DNA of 64,000 bases from a virus. The translations under genes and the position numbers were made by a program. Below the pieces are notes generated by a model. That model saw only the letters and a program-made list of their open reading frames with translations. It was not told the origin of the DNA and did no database searches. Below are positions 28,034-38,261 of this stretch, in pieces (within the stretch, counting starts at the first letter, position 1; each line of letters begins with the position of its first letter). Location: positions 19,780 to 83,779 of the IMG/VR virus record IMGVR_UViG_3300044961_000262; one strand, given 5' to 3'.

Positions 28034-28053
28034 CTTTAAAATAAAAAAGAAAA

Positions 28054-28920
28054 ATGAGTAGAAAAATCAGATTAGTAAGAAAAGAAGCCGTTAGATACGG
28101 GCTTCCTAAAAACTTAGCTGCCGAAAGAGTTTTAAACATCGGTAGTTCATTAGACAAAAACGGTAATCCTGTTAGAGGATTAAGTCATGAAGAAGAAGAT
28201 AAACTATTGCCTTCGGTAGTAAGTTTACAATCAAGTGATCCGGGATTTAGAGTTTCGGTAACAAATCTTTACAAAAACATTAGAATCCCTTTGGATTCAG
28301 CAGGTAAAGAACTGGAAATCGGTTTAGATGATTACGGTAATCCTCTTAATATTGAAGATTACATTAAATATAAAATTGCAATAAAACACCCGTGGTTTGC
28401 AAAAAGTGAAGAGGAAGCTTATAAAAATGACCATCTTCAGTTTTGGGTAGTTGATCCTGAAATTGAAAAAAATCAAGAATCTGATAAACTTCAATTCGCT
28501 AAAAAAGCTTACGTTGAGTTTGCTAAAGTATCTGAAGATTCAGAAAAAATGGATTGGATTTTACGTAACTTAATTGCTAAATATCCGGAAATAGGTTCTA
28601 TTTCAGATTTAGTTAAATTAAAACCTAAAGATAAAGAATTAACTTTAAGTAAAATTGTAAAAGATGATCCTGAATATTTCATTAAAGTAGTTGAAGATAA
28701 GGATATGTTCTATAAAGCTGAAATCGCTTCTTTCGTGGAAGCCGGAGTTTTGGTACTTGAAGGTAAGAAATATATTAATGGAACCGAAACTTTAGGAGCT
28801 TTAGATTCTACAATTGCTTGGATGAAAGATCCTAACAATGCTGAATCGTATGAAATCTTAAAAGCGAGGTTATCTGAATATGGACAACCTTTAACTAAGT
28901 CAGTAAAAAAAGGTAAATAA
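28054..28920 (+). CDS. conserved crAss-like protein downstream of the capsid gene
   Basis: 288 aa; conserved position in the capsid module. Confidence 0.6.
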   Translation: MSRKIRLVRKEAVRYGLPKNLAAERVLNIGSSLDKNGNPVRGLSHEEEDKLLPSVVSLQSSDPGFRVSVTNLYKNIRIPLDSAGKELEIGLDDYGNPLNIEDYIKYKIAIKHPWFAKSEEEAYKNDHLQFWVVDPEIEKNQESDKLQFAKKAYVEFAKVSEDSEKMDWILRNLIAKYPEIGSISDLVKLKPKDKELTLSKIVKDDPEYFIKVVEDKDMFYKAEIASFVEAGVLVLEGKKYINGTETLGALDSTIAWMKDPNNAESYEILKARLSEYGQPLTKSVKKGK

Positions 28921-29987
28921 TGATTATACAAGATATGCACATAGCTATAGATTTGGAGTTAAATAAAGTTAACTCCAATCTATACGATATCGTTCTTCCT
29001 GAAGAGAAAGATTATTTTCTTAATCGTGCTCAAGAAAGGTTTATAAAACAACGATATGGCGCAAAATCTAATAATAAAGGAGAAGGTTTTGAAATGAGTC
29101 AAAAGAGAATCGATGATTTACAAAATCTTCTCGTTCCTAACTATTACGATAAAGCTTATAGATTACCTCAATCTGATTTTGATTATGAAAGTAAAGTTAG
29201 ATTTTTTCTTCCGAATGACTATATGTTTCTTACGTCTCAACGCAGTAAAGTAATGCTGAATGAATGCGGAAACATTGTTCCTAAAGAAAACGTTAAGAAT
29301 GAAAAATATTATATATTAGATATAAATCTTTTAAATAACGTTACTAATGGTTACTCTACTTTTAAAATTAAAAGAAATTCTGATAACTTAATTTATATTG
29401 AAAATTTAAATTACCAAATTGAAGATAGAAGTTTATTTGTAACTGATTTAATTAATACGTGGAACTCTTTAACTAATAATCCCGGATATGATATTTACTA
29501 TGAAAGATATAGAGATATAGTTAGTTCGGGTAATTTAATATTTGTAGCTAAAGATAATAATTTTCCTATTAGTTGGCAATATGGAGAAATAACTGTTCCT
29601 ATGGATTTAATTATTAAACCTTACACTTATTTTACGGCAACTTGCGCTGAAGAAAAAATTGTAACAAACGTATTTGCTCAACAAGATGATATTTATAAAA
29701 TGCAAATGGATCCTTTTAATAATACTAATATGTGGGGCCCATTAACAATTATAAATAATCAATTTATTGATGTTTTTATAAACTTAAATAATTTTGTTGT
29801 AAAAGAAGTTTCAATATCCTATATTCGTAAACCGAAATTAATATCATTAAAATTAAATCAGTCTTGTGAACTTGCAGAAGAAACTCACGCTGAAATAATT
29901 AGAGATGCTGTTAATTTAATGCTTGAAAATTTTGAAGCAAGTAATAGATTACAAACTTCATTACAAGTAGAGCAAACTAATGAATAA
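28920..29987 (+). CDS. head-tail ring/adaptor (tail tubular-like) protein
   Basis: PEEKDYFLNRAQ, GFExSQKRIDDL, YIRKP, CELAEETHAEI. Confidence 0.75.
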   Translation: MIIQDMHIAIDLELNKVNSNLYDIVLPEEKDYFLNRAQERFIKQRYGAKSNNKGEGFEMSQKRIDDLQNLLVPNYYDKAYRLPQSDFDYESKVRFFLPNDYMFLTSQRSKVMLNECGNIVPKENVKNEKYYILDINLLNNVTNGYSTFKIKRNSDNLIYIENLNYQIEDRSLFVTDLINTWNSLTNNPGYDIYYERYRDIVSSGNLIFVAKDNNFPISWQYGEITVPMDLIIKPYTYFTATCAEEKIVTNVFAQQDDIYKMQMDPFNNTNMWGPLTIINNQFIDVFINLNNFVVKEVSISYIRKPKLISLKLNQSCELAEETHAEIIRDAVNLMLENFEASNRLQTSLQVEQTNE

Positions 29988-30026
29988 TTTTTTTAATTTT
30001 TAACAAATAAATAAAACAAAACAAAA

Positions 30027-31331
30027 ATGGCTAAATCCGTTTTAATTAGTAACTTGACTGGAACAGTCAATTACACTTCCGCTGTTTCTCCAAATGCTTT
30101 AACCGCAGGACAAATTGGCGTTTATTCTATTGCTGAATCAGGTGCTTATACTCTGATTACAACTACTCCATCAGCAGCTCAACTTAAACTACCTATTTTG
30201 GTAGCAGTAGGTTTAGGTTCAGGTGAATTTAAAGCTGTAACAGTAAAACCTGGTCAAAAAATAGCTTATGCTCAAACAAATTATGTTGCTCCAATACCTC
30301 ACGTAGCTATTGCGGGGTTTGACGGAACAACTTATGATCTTGTAAGTGGTGCAGCCGGAACTTATGGTTATAAGTTGCAAAACTTAACTTTAGGTAATCC
30401 TCCTTTCCCAACTTACAGTTCAACTCCTTATTTTGCTGTAGCTAATCAAGCAACTTCAACTGCAATTGCTCAAGCTATCGTTAAAGATATTAATGCTCAA
30501 GTACTTAATAGCGTTAACGAAGTAATGCCGGAACAATTCTTTGCATTTGTGGAAATGCTATCTAATGCGAATTCGGTACAATTAGTTACTTCGGCTCCTG
30601 CTAACGTAACCGGTACATTTACTGTAGGTTCAACTTCAGTTACTTTATCTGGTTCAACTGTCGGTGGTTCAACTCCACTTGTTGCGGGCGATTATCTTCG
30701 TGTTGGTCACGCAACAACTAAAACACTTGCTGTATATAAAGTAGCTTCTGTATCAGGTACATCTGTAGTTTTAGAAACACCTTACGTTAATCCTTCTTTA
30801 GCTCTTGGAGCTTCAGTATCGGGAGTAGCTTTAGGTTATATTGCTGCTGCGACAATCGTTTCTACAGCTGCTGGAATTAGAGCTACTGAAATTGGAAACG
30901 TATTTAACGGATCTAGAGTTCAAGCTCCTCAAACCAATAAGTTAATTAACGTTTCATGTAATGTTAACTTGGAAGGAACTCCTGTTCAAGACAATAAAAT
31001 AGTAAGTAGGGCTTTTACAGGTGCTAACGGAACTATTACTTCAGGTGTTTATACTGAAGGTAACGGTACTTACGCTCAAATTTTCAAACAAGAATTAGAA
31101 GCTGCCGGATATAGAGGATTTAATAACAGAAGTTTCTTACCTGATAATTTTCCACTTTATTCTGTAAGCGATAATACTTATGCTACAACTGCATTTACTT
31201 TTATGCAACCGGCAAAAGATTACACAGGAATGGGTTTTCAAACAGGTACTGAATCAACTGTGATTATTGCTACAGCTACATCTACAGGTACTCAATATTC
31301 TGTACTAAATACTATTCTCTCAGCTTACTAG
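30027..31331 (+). CDS. abundant structural protein (auxiliary capsid-like)
   Basis: Ala/Thr/Ser/Val-rich; EGNGTYAQIxxxE near the C-terminus; strong terminator downstream. Confidence 0.6.
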   Translation: MAKSVLISNLTGTVNYTSAVSPNALTAGQIGVYSIAESGAYTLITTTPSAAQLKLPILVAVGLGSGEFKAVTVKPGQKIAYAQTNYVAPIPHVAIAGFDGTTYDLVSGAAGTYGYKLQNLTLGNPPFPTYSSTPYFAVANQATSTAIAQAIVKDINAQVLNSVNEVMPEQFFAFVEMLSNANSVQLVTSAPANVTGTFTVGSTSVTLSGSTVGGSTPLVAGDYLRVGHATTKTLAVYKVASVSGTSVVLETPYVNPSLALGASVSGVALGYIAAATIVSTAAGIRATEIGNVFNGSRVQAPQTNKLINVSCNVNLEGTPVQDNKIVSRAFTGANGTITSGVYTEGNGTYAQIFKQELEAAGYRGFNNRSFLPDNFPLYSVSDNTYATTAFTFMQPAKDYTGMGFQTGTESTVIIATATSTGTQYSVLNTILSAY

Positions 31332-31356
31332 TAATTAACATTAATCGTAACTACTT

Positions 31357-31389
31357 AGGGGAAAAGAAATTTTCCCCTTTGTTTTTTTT
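31357..31389 (+). terminator. intrinsic terminator
   Basis: AGGGGAAAA-GAAA-TTTTCCCCT followed by a T tract. Confidence 0.85.
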
Positions 31390-31401
31390 ATTTAATTACA
31401 T

Positions 31402-31409
31402 TAAATTTG
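31402..31409 (+). promoter_or_regulatory. TAnnTTTG -7 element
   Basis: TAAATTTG right after the terminator, just before ATG 31414. Confidence 0.5.
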
Positions 31410-31413
31410 AACC

Positions 31414-32226
31414 ATGACAATACCTAAATTTAAATTTCAAGGTTTATTTAACCAATTAAAAACGTATGTTAAATTATATGTTCAGAACAAAGAATATGAT
31501 GTTCCGTTAAAAGATTTGTTTGCTTCAATAGATAGTACAGACATAGACATAAATGAACTATTGCCGTATAAAACTTATACAGCTAAATTAACTCAAACTG
31601 GTTCACCTGAAGTATTAAGTTCACCTACTTCTTTAGTTATAGGAAGAAAATATACTATTGACAATTATATTTCTCAAAAAACTTTTGTTTCAGGTACTTT
31701 AACTGTAGGTTATACTTACATTATAAATAATCTTAATATGACTGATAATTTTTTTAACGTAGGATTTGTATCATTAGGTACACCTTTCGTTGCTACTGGT
31801 ACTACTCCTACCGTTTGGACTGGAGGAACTGAAGTTCTTACTGCTATACCTGATGATTTTACAAACGTTGGTGCGCCATCTAATGCAACCGGAGTAACTT
31901 TTATAGCTACGGGAACTACTCCCGCTTCTTGGGAAAATAACTCACAACTAGTATATAATGCAGATCCAGTAATTGAAGTTTTTGAAAATACAATTGGAAA
32001 TTTATCTGTAACATATTCTGGAGAAGGAAACGCTAAAATTCAAAGTTTATTACCTTTATTTGAATTTAATAAAACATTTGTTCAAATTACATCAGGTACA
32101 AACGGAGTTTCTCAAAATTTATCAGCTGAAAGAATTAACGCTAATGAAATAGGTATAGTCGCTAAAAATAATAATGTAGCTGAAAATAATTGGACTGCTT
32201 ATTTACAAATTAAGTTATATAAATAA
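31414..32226 (+). CDS. structural protein with internal repeat (fibre/decoration-like)
   Basis: Two FxNVG...FxATGTTPxxW units. Confidence 0.6.
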   Translation: MTIPKFKFQGLFNQLKTYVKLYVQNKEYDVPLKDLFASIDSTDIDINELLPYKTYTAKLTQTGSPEVLSSPTSLVIGRKYTIDNYISQKTFVSGTLTVGYTYIINNLNMTDNFFNVGFVSLGTPFVATGTTPTVWTGGTEVLTAIPDDFTNVGAPSNATGVTFIATGTTPASWENNSQLVYNADPVIEVFENTIGNLSVTYSGEGNAKIQSLLPLFEFNKTFVQITSGTNGVSQNLSAERINANEIGIVAKNNNVAENNWTAYLQIKLYK

Positions 32227-32963
32227 TGTTAAAATTAATTCCTAAATTAGTAGATACACTTAAATGTTCTGAAATTATATTTTCAGATACAACCGGAAAC
32301 GATCTTACCGGATATCAAGAACTATTTTCTTCGGAGAATATACATTCGTCTAAACTAATAATTTCATTATTAAACTGTAGTGAAGAAAACATTTATAATT
32401 TTAATCAAGCTAAAGCTATTGATTTAGCTAATCAAAATGATACGTTTACTATATCTGACTATGAAGACAGTAATGTAATTAAATCTGAATATATAGTTTT
32501 TTTTGAAGCACCTAATGAAACATTGTTTTCGATAGTAAATGGAAGTAAGAATTTAATTATTACAGGTAGTGAGTTTGATGATTATTTGAATTTCAATTAT
32601 GTTCTTCTTGATAATCAACCTTATAAAGTAGCTTCAATAATAGTTGATACGGATATAACTGTGGTATTAGAAACCGAATATACAGGACCAACGTTAATTG
32701 ATTATCAAGGAATTTTTGGTTATGCTAAAAATTTTTATCATGCTCATATATGTACAATTAATAAATGTCTTCATGGTAAAATTGCTACATTAAGTACCGA
32801 ATCCTGTTCATGTAAAGATAAATCAATAGATAAAGTTTCAAGATATTTATTTATGTTTTTTGGAATTGAAGTGCTAATTGAAGCAATGAATTATAAAAAA
32901 GCTCAGGAAGTAATCGATTCTTTAAAATTAATATGTCAATCTGATAAAACTTGTGGTTGCTAA
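32226..32963 (+). CDS. tail hub/fibre-docking-like protein
   Basis: Cys-rich helical C-terminus (C...CSC...C...CGC) and tail-module position. Confidence 0.5.
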   Translation: MLKLIPKLVDTLKCSEIIFSDTTGNDLTGYQELFSSENIHSSKLIISLLNCSEENIYNFNQAKAIDLANQNDTFTISDYEDSNVIKSEYIVFFEAPNETLFSIVNGSKNLIITGSEFDDYLNFNYVLLDNQPYKVASIIVDTDITVVLETEYTGPTLIDYQGIFGYAKNFYHAHICTINKCLHGKIATLSTESCSCKDKSIDKVSRYLFMFFGIEVLIEAMNYKKAQEVIDSLKLICQSDKTCGC

Positions 32964-33238
32964 TGAGTTGTGTAGTATATACAAGAGAAGAATATAATAG
33001 AGTATTCGGTCAATTAAAAGAATGCTTTGGAAAAAGTGTATCTATTAATGCTAAAGAAATTTTATATAAAACTAAATGTAAAGAAGATAATTTGAAAGAA
33101 TTATTTTTATACATTTGGGCTTTAAATGATTGGACAATGATAAATAATACAATACCATCTGAAGATAATTTTTTAACTATAGAAGAGTTTGATAATATTG
33201 TAACTAGAGTTTTATCTATTTGTAATTGTAATGTTTAA
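32951..33238 (+). CDS. small tail-module protein
   Basis: Cys-containing helical ORF; true start probably MSCVV at 32963. Confidence 0.55.
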   Translation: MWLLMSCVVYTREEYNRVFGQLKECFGKSVSINAKEILYKTKCKEDNLKELFLYIWALNDWTMINNTIPSEDNFLTIEEFDNIVTRVLSICNCNV

Positions 33239-33704
33239 ATTAAAACCTACTGAAGAAACTTGTAATTTATCAAATAAATTATCATTTGAAATAAATGATG
33301 TTAATTCTGAGTGCGGTGATGCAAGTAAATTTAATTTTGATATTAAAGACGGTAAATGTTGCGATAATCAATCAAATATTGTTTGTGATGACGTGGAAAT
33401 TGAAATAAATGGTAATTTATTTTTGGAAGTACCTTCAGGAAATACTATAAATGTTACTCTTATAGATAAAGATAATAATATTTACAATCCTTATGTAACA
33501 AATACTGTTTTAAGAATAGCAAAAGAACGAAGAAGTGACTTTGTTTCTCCTTATAGTTATGTAGGATACTCTCAATACTTGTCAGATGAAAGCGCAAATG
33601 TATGGAGAGTAGCTAGGATAACCGTACTTGCAGATGGAACTACGACAGTAGGGGTAGCAACTAACGTAAATTGGACTGACAGATATACTCACACTTATAC
33701 ATAA
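33231..33704 (+). CDS. tail-associated protein
   Basis: 157 aa; C-terminal YSYVG...VWRVARI...NWTDR module. Confidence 0.55.
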   Translation: MFKLKPTEETCNLSNKLSFEINDVNSECGDASKFNFDIKDGKCCDNQSNIVCDDVEIEINGNLFLEVPSGNTINVTLIDKDNNIYNPYVTNTVLRIAKERRSDFVSPYSYVGYSQYLSDESANVWRVARITVLADGTTTVGVATNVNWTDRYTHTYT

Positions 33705-33709
33705 AAATT

Positions 33710-33991
33710 ATGAAACTACAATTAAAAACACCGATTCAACACGAAGATAGCACGTATCCCTACGCTAATCTTCGACTAAGCGTAAGCACACAGTACGGAA
33801 ACCCTGATGGCTACTCATTTGCAATGACAGTAACACCTTATAGAATTACCGATTCAAACGAGGTAGAGTTATTGAACTCACACGCAATGAACTTTAATTC
33901 ATTGAACGCTTTAGAAGATGCGAACTTGTTGCTAAAAGATTGTTCTACCAACGTAATTACAGAGATTCAAAACCTTTTAAACAATCTATAA
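33710..33991 (+). CDS. hypothetical protein (possible fibre chaperone)
   Basis: 93 aa, immediately upstream of the spike-like gene. Confidence 0.5.
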   Translation: MKLQLKTPIQHEDSTYPYANLRLSVSTQYGNPDGYSFAMTVTPYRITDSNEVELLNSHAMNFNSLNALEDANLLLKDCSTNVITEIQNLLNNL

Positions 33992-33992
33992 T

Positions 33993-35387
33993 ATGGCACA
34001 ATATAGAAGAAACGCAACGGGTAATTGGAGTACCGTTTCAGAATGGAGTACGTGGAATGGTTCAACATGGGTAACTGCAAGTGTTGTACCGGGAGCTGCG
34101 GATGATGTGTTTGCAAATAACTTCACTACAACCATTGACCAAGATATTATGGTTCTAACATTGCGAAATACAAATACAGGTGCATTGGGAACAGGTACAA
34201 ATAACGGTGGTGTTTATTTAATTAGTACAGGGGGCTATACTATTAGTTGTACGGGTGTAGGTACAAATATATTAATTGGGGCTGTCAGTATAATAAACGT
34301 AACTGCTGCATCAGGTGTTACTACAATTAATGGGAATATTGTTGGGAGTACCACAGCAAATATAAACGCTATTACAAAATCAGGGGCAGGTACTTTAAGT
34401 TTTATTGGCAATGTTAGTTTATCTGCAACAAATAGCGGCAATGCTACTATCAATATTTCAGATGGTACATTAAATGTTGTTGGCAATATAATCTCAAACT
34501 TAGGGGCTGCGCAATCGGGTGTGATAAGAGTTACAGGTAATTGTACAGTAAACATTACTGGGGATTTAGTATCGGGCGCAGGTACAAACTGTCATGCCAT
34601 TTGGGTTAGTAGCGGTATTTCTACAATTACGGTGACAGGCAATGCCACAAGTGGGCATATCCAAATACTTGTCAATTTAGCTTCACAAACAACATTTACA
34701 TTGACTGGAATAGTATCTTATTCAGCAGCATCTAGTGGTGCAATTATATCTTCATCTAATGCAAACTCTGCAATTTATATTAACGGGAACATCTTGGGCA
34801 ACCTTTCTGGTGGCACTGGTATAAATATAAATTGTACTGCTCCTAATTATGTAAAAATAGTCGGCAGCATAACCGCAGGTGTAACAGTTACAAGTGTTTC
34901 AAATATTGCAGCAGCTAGCGCTATAACAATATGGGGTGGCGGGAAACTAACATCTTCTAGTTACGGTATATTGCCAATTGCTGCAACCAGATTATTTATA
35001 ATAAATTCCTCTACAGTTGAATATGAATTTGCATCTGACCAATACAACGGTGCGACAACTCCTCCAATACCCGCAAGATATTCGCTATATTCAGCCAATA
35101 CACTTGCAGACGCACCAATAGCAGCCGATGTAAGAGAGGGTACTGTATATGCTTTAGGTTCACAAACAGGTACGTTAATCGTACCAAGTCCTGCAAATGT
35201 AGCATTGAATGTACCTACAGATAATACGGTAGGTACTGCCGTTATAACTAAAGAAGCAGTAAAAGAAGCTGTATGGGATGCTTTATTAAACGACATAACA
35301 GAGCCTAATAGTATTGGAGTGCGACTTAAAAACGCAGCAACGGTAGAATCTACTGGTGCTCAATTAGCTAATTTGATAAATACTTAA
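33993..35387 (+). CDS. tail spike/fibre, beta-helix-like
   Basis: TGNWS...W...VPGAADDV start, repeated TxNxxGNI units, DVREGTVY. Confidence 0.7.
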   Translation: MAQYRRNATGNWSTVSEWSTWNGSTWVTASVVPGAADDVFANNFTTTIDQDIMVLTLRNTNTGALGTGTNNGGVYLISTGGYTISCTGVGTNILIGAVSIINVTAASGVTTINGNIVGSTTANINAITKSGAGTLSFIGNVSLSATNSGNATINISDGTLNVVGNIISNLGAAQSGVIRVTGNCTVNITGDLVSGAGTNCHAIWVSSGISTITVTGNATSGHIQILVNLASQTTFTLTGIVSYSAASSGAIISSSNANSAIYINGNILGNLSGGTGININCTAPNYVKIVGSITAGVTVTSVSNIAAASAITIWGGGKLTSSSYGILPIAATRLFIINSSTVEYEFASDQYNGATTPPIPARYSLYSANTLADAPIAADVREGTVYALGSQTGTLIVPSPANVALNVPTDNTVGTAVITKEAVKEAVWDALLNDITEPNSIGVRLKNAATVESTGAQLANLINT

Positions 35388-35395
35388 TTTTTAAT

Positions 35396-35403
35396 TATAT
35401 TTG
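35396..35403 (+). promoter_or_regulatory. TAnnTTTG -7 element
   Basis: TATATTTG just before ATG 35408. Confidence 0.5.
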
Positions 35404-35407
35404 CCAC

Positions 35408-36685
35408 ATGTGCAATTGTCCAGAAAATAATACCAATCCTTGTCCTGATGGTTCAACTAATAAAATAGTAGTTAAATGGTCAGATATTATAAATAAACCT
35501 GATTGTTTTACTCCATGTTTAAATGATTTAAATTTAGTTTTACAGTCTAGAACTTTAAGTATTAATGGAATAACTTATGACTTATCTCAAAATAGAAGTT
35601 GGACAATAAATTCAGGAGTTTCTAATTTAAGCGAATTAGATGACGTTAACGTAAATACTCCTATGTCAGGTAATGTACTTATATTTAACGGAAGTGTTTG
35701 GGTAAATGAAACTCTCGAAGGTTCTAAATGGACAGCTACAGGAAGTAATATTTTTAGAAATAGTAATGTTGCGATAGGAACTACGGAAATTAGCGGTAGA
35801 TTACATGTATCTGGAAACCTTCATTTATCTGGAGGAAACGTAAATGTATTTAATGTTACTAATAATAATTTATCTTTAGGTACAAATAACTTAGAAAGAA
35901 TTAGAATTGAAAATACAGGAATTGTAGGAATAGGTATTAATTATAACCATATTGGGTCAAATTCTACAACCGATAGATTATTATTGGGAGTAAATACAGT
36001 TGCTCCTAATAATGTTAATTATGATATTTTAAGATTAATTACTAATCCTCTTTCAGCTCAACCTAAATATGTAGGTATTAATTTTGAGGTAGCTACTTCA
36101 AGTTCAATTTTTGGTTTAGCCGCAATAAGAGCTTTTGATATGGGAGTATTTAAAGGAGATTTAACTTTTTGGACGGATCCCGGAATTAATAACATATCTT
36201 ATGTTGAAAGAATGAGAATTACATCTGAAGGTATAGTCGGTATTGGAACTTCTAGTCCATCTTTAGCTTCTCGACTTCATGTAATTGGATCAGGAATATT
36301 TAGTGAAAATTTAACTGTATCAAATTCACTTCTTGTTGGGTCTTCGATTAATGTTAATGGAGGTTTAACTGTTTCTGGACCAACAACTTTAAACAACTCT
36401 TTTAAATTAATTACAAACAATACTACAGTACTTGACGTTAATTATGTAACTACAGCAACTGATAATATTTTGTATTTTTCAACTACAGCTGTTAGAACAT
36501 TAGATTTACCTGATCCTTCCACAAATGTTGGTAGAATTATATATGTTTATAATAACGGTAGTCATAACATAATTACATCAACTCCAACGGGAAGTATCGT
36601 AGGTATACCTAACGTAAATGCCGGAAAAGGAAAAGTATTTATATGCTTTAGTACAACAGTATGGTTAGCTTTAACTACAGAATAA
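35408..36685 (+). CDS. tail fibre protein
   Basis: WSDIINKP, TLSINGITYDLSQNRSW, LSELDDV, ERxRIxxxGxVGIG repeats. Confidence 0.8.
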   Translation: MCNCPENNTNPCPDGSTNKIVVKWSDIINKPDCFTPCLNDLNLVLQSRTLSINGITYDLSQNRSWTINSGVSNLSELDDVNVNTPMSGNVLIFNGSVWVNETLEGSKWTATGSNIFRNSNVAIGTTEISGRLHVSGNLHLSGGNVNVFNVTNNNLSLGTNNLERIRIENTGIVGIGINYNHIGSNSTTDRLLLGVNTVAPNNVNYDILRLITNPLSAQPKYVGINFEVATSSSIFGLAAIRAFDMGVFKGDLTFWTDPGINNISYVERMRITSEGIVGIGTSSPSLASRLHVIGSGIFSENLTVSNSLLVGSSINVNGGLTVSGPTTLNNSFKLITNNTTVLDVNYVTTATDNILYFSTTAVRTLDLPDPSTNVGRIIYVYNNGSHNIITSTPTGSIVGIPNVNAGKGKVFICFSTTVWLALTTE

Positions 36686-36686
36686 T

Positions 36687-37106
36687 ATGAAAATAACATT
36701 TAAAGAATTAAACGAAAAAAGAAAAATTTTATTACATTTAATTGCTAATGAAGAAGAAATGTCTAAAATTAAATATGCTGTCCTTAAATGGGATAAAGAG
36801 GTTTCTAAAATCTTATCTGAAATTCAAGCTGAATATACCGATAAGTTTGCTGAACTTAAAGAAGAGAAAGAAATTTTTTACGCAATAGAAAAAGATGGAA
36901 TTTTACTTAAAAAAGATGATAAATATCAATACAATAAAGAAAATTCCATACTTTTGTCAAAAGAACTTTTTTCTATTAAAAAACAAATAGAAAATGAATT
37001 AGCTAATCACATAATTGATTTTGAACCTTACATTTTAAAAGATGAAGCTGTAATAAATCAATTAGATGTTTTCGCAAAAGAAGAGTTAAAAAATATATTT
37101 ATATGA
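36687..37106 (+). CDS. hypothetical protein (possible fibre assembly chaperone)
   Basis: 139-aa helical ORF after the fibre gene. Confidence 0.5.
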   Translation: MKITFKELNEKRKILLHLIANEEEMSKIKYAVLKWDKEVSKILSEIQAEYTDKFAELKEEKEIFYAIEKDGILLKKDDKYQYNKENSILLSKELFSIKKQIENELANHIIDFEPYILKDEAVINQLDVFAKEELKNIFI

Positions 37107-37363
37107 CAACATTAGAATCATTAGTACAAACAATATTTAGAAGTTTTATTACTAAATCTATAATTCGACCTATAGTGTCTAATACAAAATTCGGAAACGA
37201 AAATGTAGTTAAAGAACTAACTGTAGTTTTACAGGTTGACGGTCAACTTTTTATTGAAAATGTCGCTTTTGAATGTTTAAAAGGAATACCTTATACTTTT
37301 AAATATGTAAATCTAAATAATTGTAGTGCTAATCAGAATGGAGCAATAGCAATTTATTTATGA
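37103..37363 (+). CDS. hypothetical protein
   Basis: 86 aa with ATGA overlaps. Confidence 0.55.
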   Translation: MTTLESLVQTIFRSFITKSIIRPIVSNTKFGNENVVKELTVVLQVDGQLFIENVAFECLKGIPYTFKYVNLNNCSANQNGAIAIYL

Positions 37364-37800
37364 GAAGGATTGATCACATAGTAGTTCATACAACCTATAC
37401 TTCTCAAAAAGCTACATTAGAGGATTTAAAGAAAGGATGGAAAAGTTTAGGATGGAAAAATAATGGTTATCATTATATAATTCATTCTAATGGAGATATT
37501 GAAAACATTACTCCTGAAGAGAATATAGCTAACGGTGTAGCAGGATTTAATTCTAATTCTATACATGTAGCTTATATTGGAGGAAGAGTTAATAATAGAC
37601 CAAAAGATAATCGAACCGAACTTCAAAAAGCTGCTTTAATTGTAATTTTAACAGAATTAAAAATTAAATATCCAAAAGCTAGAATATTAGGTCATAGAGA
37701 TTTTAGTCCTGATACGAATAAAAACGGTAAAATAGATACTTGGGAATTTATAAAAGAATGTCCTTGTTTTAACGCAATAACAGAATATCAAAACATATGA
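37360..37800 (+). CDS. N-acetylmuramoyl-L-alanine amidase endolysin (Amidase_2, T7 lysozyme-like)
   Basis: IVVHT, GYHY, YIGG, GHRDF, KECPCF. Confidence 0.9.
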   Translation: MRRIDHIVVHTTYTSQKATLEDLKKGWKSLGWKNNGYHYIIHSNGDIENITPEENIANGVAGFNSNSIHVAYIGGRVNNRPKDNRTELQKAALIVILTELKIKYPKARILGHRDFSPDTNKNGKIDTWEFIKECPCFNAITEYQNI

Positions 37801-38261
37801 AATATATAATTATTTTAATCGCTTTATTATCAAGTTGTTCAGCTGAATGGCATTTAAAAAGAGCTGTAAAAAAGAATCCTAAGTACGGAGATTCAACTAA
37901 AGTTTACATTCCGTATATAAAAGATACTACGATTTATGTGCAGTTACCGGGAGATACTAACGAAACTTCTTTAAAGTTTAGAGATTGGTATAATAGAGCT
38001 AAAGATAGTACCGCTACTTTATATAAAGATAGTATGTTACATATCTATCAAAAACTAGATTCGTTAGGTAACGTAAAGACAAAAATAATTAGAACTCCTT
38101 ACATTTTAGAAGTTCCTATAACCATTCATGATACAATACCTGTAAATTGTCCGCCAACTATATCAGTTGAAGATAATAAATGGTCAACTTTTGATTGGAT
38201 ACTATTATTTGTATCTATTGTATTATTTTTACTATTAATTATTCAATATAAATTAAAATGA
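37797..38261 (+). CDS. putative unimolecular spanin
   Basis: N-terminal lipobox LLSSC and C-terminal TM helix; lies between endolysin and holin. Confidence 0.6.
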   Translation: MKYIIILIALLSSCSAEWHLKRAVKKNPKYGDSTKVYIPYIKDTTIYVQLPGDTNETSLKFRDWYNRAKDSTATLYKDSMLHIYQKLDSLGNVKTKIIRTPYILEVPITIHDTIPVNCPPTISVEDNKWSTFDWILLFVSIVLFLLLIIQYKLK

